Shown here: in pieces, positions 31,632 through 47,253 of the stretch
Position numbering within the stretch: the first letter of the stretch is position 1
How the letters are laid out: every line of letters begins with the position of its first letter
Source of the DNA: Rickettsiales bacterium
GTDB lineage: Bacteria > Pseudomonadota > Alphaproteobacteria > Rs-D84
NCBI GenBank assembly: GCA_031288835.1
Contig: JAITQO010000006.1
Span: 54,884-118,883, forward strand
Direction: 5' to 3'
Length of the DNA: 64,000 bases
Position numbers and translations under genes: made by a program
Notes under the pieces: model-generated
Told to the model about the DNA's origin: nothing
Database searches by the model: none
The model's input: the letters and a program-made list of their open reading frames with translations, nothing else

Positions 31632-32198
31632 ATGACCATCGAAGAAAAATACAATCTTTACGAAAAACTGTTGGCCGAGTGGAACGAAAAAATGAACCTG
31701 GTTTCAAAAAGCACCGTCGCCGATATTCGCAAACGCCACATTGACGATTCGGCGCAATTGGCCAAATACATCCCGCCGGACAAAACCGTCGTCGACCTTG
31801 GCAGCGGAGCGGGATTCCCGGGCGCCGTTCTGGCAATTTTGGGATACAAAGTCATCGCGATAGAGTCGATTGGAAAAAAATGCATGTTTTTGGAAACGCT
31901 GAAACAAAAATTGTCGCTCGAAAACCTTGCAATAGTGAACGACAGGGCGGAAAATGCCGTTCCAGACATCATAAAAAACGCAAAAAACGGAGCGAATTTC
32001 GTTTTCGTCGCCCGGGCGCTCGCCCCGCTTTCCCGCATGCTCGATTGGACGGCAAAAACTGGACAACGCTATGTTTTGCTGAAGGGAAGAGGGGTATGGG
32101 ACGAAATCGCCGAAGCCCGCAGAAAACATAGGTTTTTCATAGAGCTTTATCCCGGCGAGACAGGCGATGGATTCGTGATAAAGTTGACAATAAAATAA
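31632..32198 (+). CDS. rsmG: 16S rRNA m7G527 methyltransferase
   Basis: GidB family. SAM-binding DLGSGAGFPG motif. 188 aa. Confidence 0.85.
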   Translation: MTIEEKYNLYEKLLAEWNEKMNLVSKSTVADIRKRHIDDSAQLAKYIPPDKTVVDLGSGAGFPGAVLAILGYKVIAIESIGKKCMFLETLKQKLSLENLAIVNDRAENAVPDIIKNAKNGANFVFVARALAPLSRMLDWTAKTGQRYVLLKGRGVWDEIAEARRKHRFFIELYPGETGDGFVIKLTIK

Positions 32199-32370
32199 TT
32201 CTGTGTCAAACCATACCGGAACACTTTGCCGCATTTGCAGAGATGGCGGAAATCCGCGGTCTTGCCGGGTCGAAACCCATCTATACCGCGGATTTCCTGG
32301 GGCGGAGCGATTTTCTTTTCTAGCGGCAGAAAACCGCCGAAAACAACGAAAAATCGGCGGTTTTTTACCC

Positions 32371-32670
32371 GGCCGATTTCTTATTTCACATGAAATAAGG
32401 TTTTATATTGTTCATATTGTTTATCTGCCGGCAAAGAATTAATCGGCGAAACAGCCGTGGCAAAAATATGCGAAAACAACCGCCTTTGTTTCTTATTTCA
32501 TGTGAAATAAGAAACTGTTTTCGCCGTTCGCCGTATTTTTTTACCTGGCCGTTTTGTTTCCGGCGCACGTTCTCTTATTTTTCCGAAACAGATGGCGAAT
32601 CCTTATTTCACGTGAAATAAGGATTCGCGCCGGCTGTTTTTAATTTTCTTCTTATTTCATGTGAAATAAG
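32371..32670. promoter_or_regulatory. cluster of four parS-like 20-bp palindromes upstream of parA (putative centromere)
   Basis: CTTATTTCA[CA/TG/CG]TGAAATAAG at 32371, 32492, 32602 and 32651, spaced about 110 bp apart. The core matches the parS consensus. Confidence 0.6.
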
Positions 32671-32733
32671 GTTTTTCGCTTGCAATCAAAAAACGAATCG
32701 TCTAGAATGCCGATAATAATCAAAGGGAATACC

Positions 32734-33495
32734 ATGGCAAAAGTAATCGCATTCGCAAATCAAAAGGGCGGGGTGGGAAAAACAACGACCGCAATCAATA
32801 TCGGCGCGTCGCTCGCCGCGGTGAAAAAGTCGGTTCTTTTGGTGGATTTGGACCCGCAGGGAAACGCCGGAACGGGACTCGGGTTTGTGCGCGGCAGCAC
32901 GCGGCAATCGATTTATCCGGTGATTATGGGGCTTGAACGCGCGGCGGAAAACATACTGACGACATCAGTGAAAGGCATGCACATCATCCCGTCGACGCAG
33001 CAATTGTCGGGCGCCGAGGTCGAGCTGCTGGACGAGGATAACCGCGAAAGCCGCCTTAAAACGGCGCTGGGCGCCCTTCGCGATTCCTATGATTACATAC
33101 TGATTGACTGCCCGCCGGCGATGGGCTATCTCACCATAAACGCGCTGGTTGCCGCGGATTTCCTGATTGTCCCCCTTCAGTGCGAGTTTCTCGCGCTCGA
33201 AGGACTCAGCCAGCTGATGAAGTCCGTGGACGCAATCCGGAAACGCTGGAACCCGGATTTGGCGCTGATGGGAATATTGCTGACAATGTATGACAAGCGC
33301 AACAACCTGTCCCGGGCAATCGAGGACGATGTTCGAAAAAATTACAAAACGGCCGTGTTTCAGACGGTCATACCGCGTAACGTCCGGGCGTCCGAAGCGC
33401 CCAGCCACGGCAAACCGATTCTGTTCTACGACTTCAACTCGATTACGGCGCAGCAGTATCTGAAGCTTGCGACCGAGGTTGTGGAAAAGGAATAG
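32734..33495 (+). CDS. parA: chromosome partitioning ATPase ParA/Soj
   Basis: Deviant Walker A KGGVGKTTT. 253 aa. Confidence 0.9.
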   Translation: MAKVIAFANQKGGVGKTTTAINIGASLAAVKKSVLLVDLDPQGNAGTGLGFVRGSTRQSIYPVIMGLERAAENILTTSVKGMHIIPSTQQLSGAEVELLDEDNRESRLKTALGALRDSYDYILIDCPPAMGYLTINALVAADFLIVPLQCEFLALEGLSQLMKSVDAIRKRWNPDLALMGILLTMYDKRNNLSRAIEDDVRKNYKTAVFQTVIPRNVRASEAPSHGKPILFYDFNSITAQQYLKLATEVVEKE

Positions 33496-33497
33496 GG

Positions 33498-33541
33498 CTT
33501 ATTTCACATGAAATAAAAAACCTTATTTCATGTGAAATAAG
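33498..33541. promoter_or_regulatory. two adjacent parS-like palindromes between parA and parB
   Basis: CTTATTTCACATGAAATAA at 33498. CTTATTTCATGTGAAATAAG at 33522. Confidence 0.55.
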
Positions 33542-33728
33542 GGCAACCAAAAGGAAGAAAAATGGCAAAACAAAAGAACAAGCCCGAGACAATTATCAAC
33601 CTGCCGGTTTTGCAGCGGCAGGGGCGCGTCTTCGGACTCAGCAATGCATTTGAAGCGCTTGAACGGAAACGGCGTTCAAGGCAATGCAAAACCATTATCA
33701 AAAGAAACCAAACCCAAAGGGGGCTCTG

Positions 33729-34634
33729 ATGGCAAAATTCGGACTTGGAAAAGGATTGGCGGATTTGGAGACCGAGGCCGGGGCGTCGCCGGAAATCGCG
33801 GCCCTGTCCGGAATGCCGGAACGGGTGGTGGTGCGGCCGATTCCCATCGCGCAAATCGGGGCGAATCCTGACCAGCCGAGGAAAACGTTCTCGGCAGACG
33901 AGCTGGAGGACTTGGCGCAATCGATTCGCGAGCACGGGGTGCTTCAGCCGATTATCGTCCGCACGGTGACGGGCATGCCGCATCTTTACGAAATCGTGGC
34001 GGGCGAGCGCCGCTGGCGGGCGTCCCAAATCGCCGGCAAGGAGACAATTCCGGCGCTGGTAAAGCCGATTTCCCAGGAATCCGCGATGGAAATCGCGTTG
34101 ATTGAAAACGTCCAGCGCGAAAACCTGAACGCAATCGAGGAGTGCGACGCGTATAAGAATATAATGAACAAATGCGGATACGCATTGCCGGATTTAAGCG
34201 CTCTGATTGGAAAATCGGAATCGTATATCCGGAACATCATGCGGCTGTCGTCCCTGCCGGAAAAGGTGAAGATGATGGTGAAATCCGGGGATATTAGCGC
34301 CAGCCATGCGAGGACGCTGGCGGTATCGGAAAACGCCGAGGAATTGGCGCGGAAAATAATGGATGAAGAATTGTCCGTCGCCCAGGCCGCGCAGCTGGTG
34401 AAATCGGGGCCGAGGGCGAAAACGGCGAAACGCAAGGCGCCGGCCAGATACGGCTATCCGCCGGAACTGCTGCGCGGGGCGGAGGAACGGCTGGAAAAAT
34501 CGCTGGACATAAAGGCGAAAATATCCGTCCGAATCAACGGCGCCGGAAGCATGACGCTGTATTTTAAGGACAAGGAAACATTGGAGCTTTTGATTGAATT
34601 GCTGGCAAAGCGGGGCAAAAACCCGGGGGCGTGA
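33729..34634 (+). CDS. parB: chromosome partitioning protein ParB/Spo0J
   Basis: ParB box GERRWRA. HTH region. Begins MAKFGLGKGL. Confidence 0.85.
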   Translation: MAKFGLGKGLADLETEAGASPEIAALSGMPERVVVRPIPIAQIGANPDQPRKTFSADELEDLAQSIREHGVLQPIIVRTVTGMPHLYEIVAGERRWRASQIAGKETIPALVKPISQESAMEIALIENVQRENLNAIEECDAYKNIMNKCGYALPDLSALIGKSESYIRNIMRLSSLPEKVKMMVKSGDISASHARTLAVSENAEELARKIMDEELSVAQAAQLVKSGPRAKTAKRKAPARYGYPPELLRGAEERLEKSLDIKAKISVRINGAGSMTLYFKDKETLELLIELLAKRGKNPGA

Positions 34635-34639
34635 TTCGC

Positions 34640-35160
34640 AGGCCAGAGCCTGTTATTCCGGCAGCCCGCCGGAAAGGGATAAAGAGGCGAGGGAAAAAGG
34701 ACAATTGACGGAATGACAAAGTTAAAGTTATTCCGGCAACCCGCCGAACGGCGGGAACAAAAAAAAGAAAAGGCGAAAGACGGATAAGTGACGCAGCGAC
34801 AGAATGACGAAGCGACAAAGTGAAATGGCGACAAAGTTGGCGGCTCGTCCGCCATTCCAGCGCTTTGCCGAACGGCATGAACGACGAGCGCCATCATCCC
34901 GGAATTCATGATACCGACGCGCAAAGGGCGGGCGCCGCTGTTTGAATATTTGGAAAAGAATTGATTATAAAAAGGCGCGACAATAAAAGCAAACACATTG
35001 AAAATCACGATAAACCGCCCCGCTGCCGAAGTGTTCGAGTTTGTCTGTTACCTGCTCTTCGTTATTTGTTCTTTAAAATAAAAGATGGTTCGCTTCGCTC
35101 ACGGTTTATAGACCCCATTCCCGCCTTCGCGGAAATGGCAAGGGGAAAGGCGCCGGGATG
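34640..35160. repeat. dense array of GC-rich short dispersed and tandem repeats (GGAATGAC-containing family plus a dRS3-like end)
   Basis: Tandem GTTATTCCGGCARCCCGCCG units. Repeated GAATGACRAAG. The ATTCCCGCCTTCGCGGAAAT palindrome at 35117. Confidence 0.4.
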
Positions 35161-35384
35161 ACAAGTATAAAAAAGGCAATTATATGGATAAGTACGCAAA
35201 CATCTAAAATCAACATCTAACCGCCAGTAATCTGCATATTTTTAGCAAAAACCGCAGAAATCCGTAAAAATATGGCTGTAACCTGCCAAACTGTAATGTA
35301 AATGCTTGGGCTGTGACGTTAACTGAATATTTGCTGTTTTTCGTAATGCTTGTCTGATATACTCTGTCAAAAGGAGTATATGAG

Positions 35385-35582
35385 ATGACAAATCCTATGA
35401 TAGCTAACTTGACTTCACTACAAAGGCAAATATTCTTTCTAAACATTGTTTTTAAGAAATTTGCAAAGAACCTTAAACCAGAAGATTTTAAGAATGAGTG
35501 GAAAGATTATAAAATGAATTCAAATAATGATATGTTTACTTATGAAATGTTTCTTGAACAATGGAAAGGAATTATGGGTTAA
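35385..35582 (+). CDS. small hypothetical protein inside the AT-rich cassette
   Basis: 65-aa ORF. GGAG SD (aaaggagtatatgagATG). Confidence 0.3.
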   Translation: MTNPMIANLTSLQRQIFFLNIVFKKFAKNLKPEDFKNEWKDYKMNSNNDMFTYEMFLEQWKGIMG

Positions 35583-35754
35583 TTTTTCATCTAGAAGCAA
35601 AGCTCGCTTGCAGACCTGCCAGCCATATCATATAACTCAAATTCTTTTTTCTTCCTGCCTCTTAACAGCCAAATAAAAAATCGCTTTATCATGTCAGTAT
35701 TTACAGCATGAAAAAGTCCGTTTTTTGATACGGTAAATCCAATTATGGAACTTC

Positions 35755-36501
35755 TTATTTAAATAGACTCCAAAACCAATGATATTTAGGAGATTTAGAT
35801 TCTTTTTTGCAATCATTATCGCGAACAGCGTGATTATCGGAATCTTTATTCTTTATCAATTCTTTTTGGAATTCAATCATATCTTCAATATGACATTCAT
35901 TGCCGCGCCGGCCAATTTTGCTTGCCAACCGCCTTGCGTTTTCAAAATCGCCAGTCCTTCTGTAAATATCCAACAGGACAAGCCGGTTTTCCAAGCCGTC
36001 AAGTTTTTCAAAATACGGCAACGCTTTCTTTCTACATGACACGGCGCTTTCATTATCTTGCCTATCATCCGCATTCCAAGCCGCATCAAGATATGCCCCG
36101 GCGATTCTTTTATCTTCCGCGTTGCATTTTTCCAACAAAAACGCATAAGCCAAATATTCGTCGGAATAAGTTATTTTGCCTTTCTTGAAAAAATTTTGAT
36201 ATTCGCTGGATTTGACAATATCGTTTTGATTGTCGCAAACAGGCTTTTCTATACTATAACCGACCAGATTGCACTTTTCGCATCTTTTAATGAAATGATT
36301 CGGCTTCTTGCCGCCGGAAACCCTTGAATCAAGGTATATAGTGGAGCCAAACGTATTATAAGAAGCAACGACGGAATATTTATCTTTACGGCCGCAAACC
36401 GAACAGGTCTTTTCTTCAATAGATATTTTTGTCGCCAGAGCCGAACCCACAACTCCGAAGGACATCAATAATACAAGTATCTTTTTCATATCGAAGCTCA
36501 C
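35755..36501 (-). CDS. secreted protein with CxxC...CxxC zinc-ribbon and TPR-like C-terminus (cassette cargo)
   Basis: Signal peptide MKKILVLLMSFGVVGSALA. CSVCGRK...CEKCNL motif. Low-GC codon usage unlike the neighbouring genes. Confidence 0.5.
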   Translation of the reverse strand: MSFDMKKILVLLMSFGVVGSALATKISIEEKTCSVCGRKDKYSVVASYNTFGSTIYLDSRVSGGKKPNHFIKRCEKCNLVGYSIEKPVCDNQNDIVKSSEYQNFFKKGKITYSDEYLAYAFLLEKCNAEDKRIAGAYLDAAWNADDRQDNESAVSCRKKALPYFEKLDGLENRLVLLDIYRRTGDFENARRLASKIGRRGNECHIEDMIEFQKELIKNKDSDNHAVRDNDCKKESKSPKYHWFWSLFK

Positions 36502-36993
36502 TTAATTTTCCCGTATCATACAAATCTGATTCCACAAAAACAACAAAAACAACTGCAAAATAGCGGATTTTCAATTAACATTACAACATTTCAAGTTACA
36601 TTACAGTTTGATAGATTACAACGATATTCCTACGGACTTCTGCGGATATTGTAAGAAGTCCCCTAGATACTGGCGGTTAGATGTAGATTTTGGCTGTTAG
36701 CGTAGCTAATCGCATAATTGCCATAAAAAACAATGGAAAAACAAGGAGAAGGACGCAATGGAATGACGAGAGTGGCGTTGCCAGCCCTTCGGCGGCGCAA
36801 CGGGATGACGGAGAGAGGTGTTCGCGCCATTCGGCGCTGAAAAGACGGGTTCGCCAGCGGAAACGCCAGTTTTATGCGCGGCTTTTTACGGGCGAACGTA
36901 AAATCAAATCTGTGGATTTTCTCTGAAATTTTTCGCGTATTTATTATTGACAAATTACATATCTGTGTTACAATCGAAGCGTAAAGGTGTAAA

Positions 36994-38571
36994 ATGAAAA
37001 AGATAGAAAAAACAAAGTTATACGCCAAAAATAAATATGGGGATAAAATCGACGCCCTGCTGGCTGCGCGCAAGAATACAAATGGCGACGGAGTGTACTT
37101 CCCGACAGCCGATGCACTTATCGATGAATTCGTCAAATTTCCGAAAATAAAAAAATATCTGGATAGGGCGCTGGAATATTATGCCAGGGGGGAAATCGTA
37201 TCGGAAGACCTGGGCGTGCTGAACGATAATTTTGCGGAATTTGAATCGCGCAAGCACCAGTTGGAAATCAAAGACATAAGCGGATACCCAACCGTATACG
37301 ACCTGCGTCGGGCAATCAATGGGACAAAACGCGGAATGTCAATGCACCAATTAAGGAAAATCGCCAAAGACGAAGGCGCCTATAAAATTTTTGAGAACGA
37401 TAAACTTTTGGCAGTCGTCACGGAAACATACGAGGCGAACTGTCTGTATGGCGCCAACACCCATTGGTGCACTACATCAAAACGGGGTTCCGAAACATTC
37501 GATGAATATAATAAACAAGGCCCTCTGATAGTTTTGATTGACAAGACAGGAACTGGGAAAAAATATCAATTTCATTTTGCCACAAGCCAGTTCATGGATG
37601 AACTTGATAGCCATGTGGATATTGTGGATTTTCTTTATGACAAACCGCAGAAACTTAGAAGGAGCATCGTGGATATTTGCTGCTGTGAATATTCATCTGA
37701 TTGGGACGTTTGTTATGAATTCGTTCTTAATGAGGATGACTTTCGTTATGAATTGATTCTTAACAAGAAATTAAAAAGCAGCGACCTTTACGCTTTCGAA
37801 GACGTTGAAATTGTTGACTCGATAGAATACTTTCAGTGCTATAGCGCTTATATGAATTCGGGCGTCATGCGAAGATTATTCCCTTATGGGAAAAAACTAG
37901 ATGGCAGGATACATGTCAACGGAATGAAGTATAAGGATTTGCTCTATTCTGCGCTGAGTAAAATAGTGAAAGGCTACGGGCGTTGCAGGATGCCTACGCC
38001 GGCGGAGAAGAAGACGCTGCTAAGATATATAAACCATCCTATACTTTCAGCGAGTGAAAAATTAAATATGCTTGGCGCTATGAAAGAGAATGGTTTTTTG
38101 GATATTCCAAAGCAAATTTTCGATGGGTTGACAGAAGAGGTTGTGCTTGAAATGGGCAATCCCGAGATTTCGGCGAAGAAGAGATTACAGTCGTTGCATG
38201 CTATGGGATATGATGGTCTTCAGTATGTTCCATATAAAGTGTTTGTTAGGTTGGAGAACGAAGTTGTCTTTACGCGTATGTATGGCAATCCCTTAAACAT
38301 GTTTAGAGGCGGTTATTTGTGTCGGGTTGGGGGTTTCCTAAAAAATTTTAAAGATTCAAGAATACTGGTGGACGCGGTGAAAATATCCGAATACGATGGC
38401 GTCATGCTGAAAACTGTGCAGGATATAGCCAAACGAGTTCATTTGGATTATCTGAATAATGGAAGATTTACCATAACCGAATTGACCGCCGATGAAAAAA
38501 CCGCGATATTTTCACGGACAAAGACCCTTGTTAAAAACGCCGTCAATAGCTTTCAACAGAAAGTGAAATAA
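36994..38571 (+). CDS. hypothetical 525-aa protein, low GC (about 40%), likely horizontally acquired
   Basis: Long ORF with AT-rich codon usage. GANTHWCTTSKRGSETFDEY and a CCC triplet. No confident family assignment. Confidence 0.45.
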   Translation: MKKIEKTKLYAKNKYGDKIDALLAARKNTNGDGVYFPTADALIDEFVKFPKIKKYLDRALEYYARGEIVSEDLGVLNDNFAEFESRKHQLEIKDISGYPTVYDLRRAINGTKRGMSMHQLRKIAKDEGAYKIFENDKLLAVVTETYEANCLYGANTHWCTTSKRGSETFDEYNKQGPLIVLIDKTGTGKKYQFHFATSQFMDELDSHVDIVDFLYDKPQKLRRSIVDICCCEYSSDWDVCYEFVLNEDDFRYELILNKKLKSSDLYAFEDVEIVDSIEYFQCYSAYMNSGVMRRLFPYGKKLDGRIHVNGMKYKDLLYSALSKIVKGYGRCRMPTPAEKKTLLRYINHPILSASEKLNMLGAMKENGFLDIPKQIFDGLTEEVVLEMGNPEISAKKRLQSLHAMGYDGLQYVPYKVFVRLENEVVFTRMYGNPLNMFRGGYLCRVGGFLKNFKDSRILVDAVKISEYDGVMLKTVQDIAKRVHLDYLNNGRFTITELTADEKTAIFSRTKTLVKNAVNSFQQKVK

Positions 38572-38719
38572 TTAAAATCAATTTTTTATTATTCGCGCCT
38601 TCGCGGGAACGACAAGTATAGAAAGCGGCAGAAGAACAAGAAGAAATGCGGGGGAATGGCAAATCGCGCCCCGCGGAACGCGCTTTATAAATCCCCCAAA
38701 ATATGCTATAATCAAGCAA

Positions 38720-40611
38720 ATGAAAAAAGCGTGGATTTTTGTGCTGGCGGCGGCGCTGTGCGGCGGACGCGCCGACGCCGCGGCGCAGACGCGCGGAACC
38801 GCCGCGCGCGGCCAGGCGGCAGCCGCGGGCCCGGCGCCGGGCTCGGCAATCGCCGCAACCGCAATGGCCCCGAAGGCGAACGCCGCCCGCGCGGCCAGCG
38901 CGTCAAAGGTGCTGTTCGGCGGCGGCGCGAAGGCGCCCAAAATCGCGGCATCAAGGGCGGACAACGACGTCGACGGCAATCCGTGCAAGGAGGAATACTG
39001 GCGGTGCATGGACATGTTCTGCATGTCGGACATCGAAAACGGGGGGCGCTGCGCCTGTTCGAACGACAGCATAAAACTGGACAAAGAATACAAGGAAACA
39101 GTGGCGGCGGTCGACGCCGAGCTGGGCAAATTGTCCTCCATCGAAACGGAAATCGAATACGGCGGAGAAGTATCCGGCCAGAAGGGCGGAGAAAATGACG
39201 AAGACGATGAAGCGGAATGCGAAAACGACGACATTGTCTGCAAAATCGGCGCGGCAAAATACAACGCGGCGGTCAAAATGTGCGAAAAAGACGTGTCGGC
39301 CGAATGCAAATCCTCCTTCTCGTTCACCAAGCTGCAATACACCCAGAACATCCGCTCGGACTGCTCGGCATACCAGGCGGCCATAAAAAACATCAAAGAA
39401 AAGGGCGCCGCCGCGACGTCGCAGGCGCGCAAAAGCATGCGCGAGACGGCCGTCGAACAGTTCGAAGCCAAAAACAAATACGACGAAGGCCGGTGCGTCG
39501 TCGAACTGAAGAAATGCATGAACGGCGCCGACGTCTGCGGAGAGGACTGGACGCGCTGCGTCGGCGGGGTCGAGGAAAAGAAATTCCATTGCGAGCCGGT
39601 GCTGGAAAACTGCGCGGCGGTCAGGGATTCGGCGTGGGACGGGTTCGTCGCCGAAATCGCGCCGACCCTCAAATCCGCGGAACTGGACGCGGAAAACAAC
39701 GCCCGCCAGGCCTGCCTGACGCGAATGTCCGACTGCGTTTTGAACGCGTGCCGCGAAAATATCGACGGGCTGGGCGAAACGATGGACGGATGCCTGGCGC
39801 GGCCGGAAATGGCGCGCAGCTTCTGCAAAGTGGAGCTTGACGAATGCGACGAAACCGGAAAACTGTGGGTGTTCGTGAAGCAAAAACTCGCGGCCATGCG
39901 CACCGGCAAATGCGCGGACGAGGTGAATGAATGCCTCACCGGCGAAAACGCGTGCGGCGAGGATTTCGGAAACTGCATCGGCATGGACATTGCCGCCGTA
40001 TACGAACTGTGCCCGGCGGAAAAACTGGTCGTATGCAAACAGGATAATCCGGACTTTTCAATATCGGACATCGGCGGGATGATATGGGGCATAATGGCCC
40101 GGCTGGAAGATAAACTGACGGCAAAATGCACAGAAATAGCGGAAAAAAGAATGCTGGAAGTATGCGGCGAGCTGAACGACTGCGCCCCGCCGTTCCAAAA
40201 TGACAAAACGACGCATTTCTTGGGCGCCGCGGACTTCGGCCGCGTCGGATTTTCGAACGGAACGGAATGGAGCAAATGCAAAGAAAACAACGCGGGCGCC
40301 AAATGCGCGGCGTTTCCGCAGGCTGGAACGCTGCTGGTCGACGACTATATGGAAACGGCGGGCGGCGCCGCGGACGCGGAAAAGGACAGGATTAAAAGCG
40401 ACCTCAGAACCGCCGCCACCAGAATCGACACGGTTATCGGGGAAATTGAAAACGACGCGAAGGTATCGTGGTGCATAAACGGCCGCGATTTGGGACAAAT
40501 AGGGGGCGAAGGGACAACGCTCGCGAGGCAGCCGGCTTTGACGCAAAGGTTCCGCAGAGTCGTGGCCGGCGCGGGGCTTAAAAAATTCGCCGGGAAGCAA
40601 AAGACCGAAAA

Positions 40612-40615
<4 letters not shown>
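38720..40615 (+). CDS. secreted cysteine-rich acidic protein (631 aa)
   Basis: Signal peptide MKKAWIFVLAAALCGGRADA. Around 50 Cys in recurring C..C / CxxxC spacing. Native GC. The minus-strand Ser-rich ORF over the same region is spurious. Confidence 0.55.
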
Positions 40616-42743
<2,128 letters not shown>

Positions 42744-42771
42744 TCGCGGGGCGCGAATCAGAGGACGGAAC

Positions 42772-43041
42772 ATGAAAGACATCGGCAACGAATCTTCAAT
42801 ATCAGGCGGCGGAGAAACCGCGGCGGACAAGAGTCGCGGGGCGCAGGCCGCGGAGAGCGGCATGTCTTTCGAGGACGCATACCGCCAGCTTTCGGAACTG
42901 GTGAAAAAGATGGAGAACGGGACGCTGCCTCTCTCGGACTCCGTGGCGGCATACGAGCAGGCGACGAAGCTGAAGACGTATTGCGAGCAACTGCTGAAGC
43001 AGGCGGAAACAAAAGTAGAGACGGTAGGAACCAGTCAATAG
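42772..43041 (+). CDS. xseB: exodeoxyribonuclease VII small subunit
   Basis: SFEDAYRQLSELVKKMENGTLPLSDSVAAYEQATKL fits the XseB helical hairpin consensus. Confidence 0.65.
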   Translation: MKDIGNESSISGGGETAADKSRGAQAAESGMSFEDAYRQLSELVKKMENGTLPLSDSVAAYEQATKLKTYCEQLLKQAETKVETVGTSQ

Positions 43042-43118
43042 TCCGATAGTCGGCGAAGCGGAATCCGCGCGCTATCCCATGACCGCTTACTGTCAGACTA
43101 TCGTGCCATCGGTCAAAA

Positions 43119-45500
<2,382 letters not shown>

Positions 45501-45510
45501 GGAGGAGCGG

Positions 45511-47253
45511 ATGCCTAAAACCCTGTTCGGATTTTATTGGAAAATGCTGAAAGAGCACAAATGGTACTCGATAATCCTGTGCGTGCTGAGGGTCGTAAAA
45601 AATGCGTTCGATATTTCGTTCTATCCGTTCATAATGTCTAGGATTTATTCCATTTTCGACTACAAGGGGCCGGACTTTTGGAACTACGCGCTCGGGATAA
45701 TTCTGCTTGCGTTCGGAATGCAATTCGCGCGAAGGCTACTCCTCACCACCGCCGCCGTTTTCGAGCAAAAATTGCGCCCGCGCGTCATGGTCAAGATTTC
45801 CGAAAAATTATCCGCATGCATTTACGGCGCCGATTACAGGTTCTTTCTGGATAAAAACGTTGGACTAATACAATCCCAGGCGGAACGCATATGCGCGGGG
45901 TTCCATCCGATGACGATATCCCTGGCGTCGGAGATTTTGGGAATATTGGCGGGGCTGGGGCTTATATTCGGAATGCTGCTGAAATTGGACGCCGGCGTCG
46001 CATTCATCATTCTGGCGGCCGGCGCGTGGCTGATAACCTCGCAGCTGCTGGTCATGAGGAAAAGCGCCAGGCTGGCCGCGGAGGCCGCAAAAAGCGGCTC
46101 GAAGGCGGACGGAACTGTATCGGACAGCATTCTGAACTTTATGAACATCAAGATTTTCGCGTCCGCAGACCGCGAATTGGAATATGTGCGGAAAGACCGG
46201 CTCGACGCCGAGGAAAAAAAATGGAAGGAACAGCGGTTCGCGATAACAACCAACGCGGCGTCCTGGTTCGTCGACATTTGCATAATGTGGGTGGGAACAA
46301 TCGCATACTGCGCCTATCTGTTCCATAACGACATCATCAATGTCGCGGGGTTCGCGCTGGTATCGGCGGCGTTCGGACGGTTCGAGCAGCATTTCAGCGC
46401 AATCGGCAGAATCATAAAAAGCACGAACGAGGCATACGCCGACGCAAGGCAGGCGTGGGGCGAAATCATGGTTCCGCGGCGGGTCACGGACAGGCGCGGC
46501 GCGAAGCCGATGGAAATAACGCGCGGGGCGATCGAACTTCGCGGAATATCGTTCAAATATCACAGCGACCGGGTGGTGCGGGACATGTCCCTTAAAATAA
46601 AGCCGGGCGAGAGGATTGGGGTTGTCGGAGTATCGGGCGCCGGAAAAACCACTCTATCCCAGCTGCTGCTGCGGCTGTTCGACGTAGAGAAGGGCGGGAT
46701 TTTCATAGACGGGCGGAATATCAGGAATGTCCGACAGGACAGCTTGCGCCGCGAAATCGCGTTCGTTCCGCAGGACCCGGTTCTGTTCAACCGGACCATC
46801 GGCGAGAATATCGCCTATGCCCGGCCGGACGCACCGCAATCCGAAATAGAAAATGCCGCGAAAATGGCCAATATTCACGACTTTATCATGAAAACCGGGG
46901 ACAAATACGACACCATCGTCGGAAATCGCGGCATAAAACTGTCCGGCGGGCAGCGCCAGCGCATCGCCATCGCGCGCGCGGTTCTTAAAAACTCCAAAAT
47001 ACTGATTCTGGACGAGGCGACAAGCGCCCTCGATTCCGAAACCGAAACCGCGATTCAACAGGCGCTCGGCGAACTGATGAAGAACTGCACCACCCTGGCC
47101 GTCGCGCACCGGCTGAGCACTTTGCGCAAAATGGACAGAATCGTCGTCATGGAGGACGGAGGAATCGCGGAAGAGGGCGCGCACGCCGAATTGCTGAAGA
47201 AAAACGGCATTTACGCCCGCATGTGGAAAACGCAATCCGGCGGGTTCGTATGA
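45511..47253 (+). CDS. ABC exporter, fused permease-ATPase (MsbA-like)
   Basis: Six TM N-terminal domain. Walker A GVSGAGKTT. ABC signature LSGGQRQR. Walker B ILILDEATS. Confidence 0.85.
   Translation: MPKTLFGFYWKMLKEHKWYSIILCVLRVVKNAFDISFYPFIMSRIYSIFDYKGPDFWNYALGIILLAFGMQFARRLLLTTAAVFEQKLRPRVMVKISEKLSACIYGADYRFFLDKNVGLIQSQAERICAGFHPMTISLASEILGILAGLGLIFGMLLKLDAGVAFIILAAGAWLITSQLLVMRKSARLAAEAAKSGSKADGTVSDSILNFMNIKIFASADRELEYVRKDRLDAEEKKWKEQRFAITTNAASWFVDICIMWVGTIAYCAYLFHNDIINVAGFALVSAAFGRFEQHFSAIGRIIKSTNEAYADARQAWGEIMVPRRVTDRRGAKPMEITRGAIELRGISFKYHSDRVVRDMSLKIKPGERIGVVGVSGAGKTTLSQLLLRLFDVEKGGIFIDGRNIRNVRQDSLRREIAFVPQDPVLFNRTIGENIAYARPDAPQSEIENAAKMANIHDFIMKTGDKYDTIVGNRGIKLSGGQRQRIAIARAVLKNSKILILDEATSALDSETETAIQQALGELMKNCTTLAVAHRLSTLRKMDRIVVMEDGGIAEEGAHAELLKKNGIYARMWKTQSGGFV

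Larger units (their letters stand above)
35205..36695. mobile_element. AT-rich (about 35-38% GC) ~1.5-kb cassette bounded by ~95-bp imperfect inverted repeats; no transposase (mobile-insertion-cassette-like)
   Basis: The left end 35205-35300 and the reverse complement of the right end 36592-36695 are about 70% identical. Both share the terminal ACATCTAACCGCCAGTA block and a CAAACTGTAATGTAA block. Confidence 0.45.
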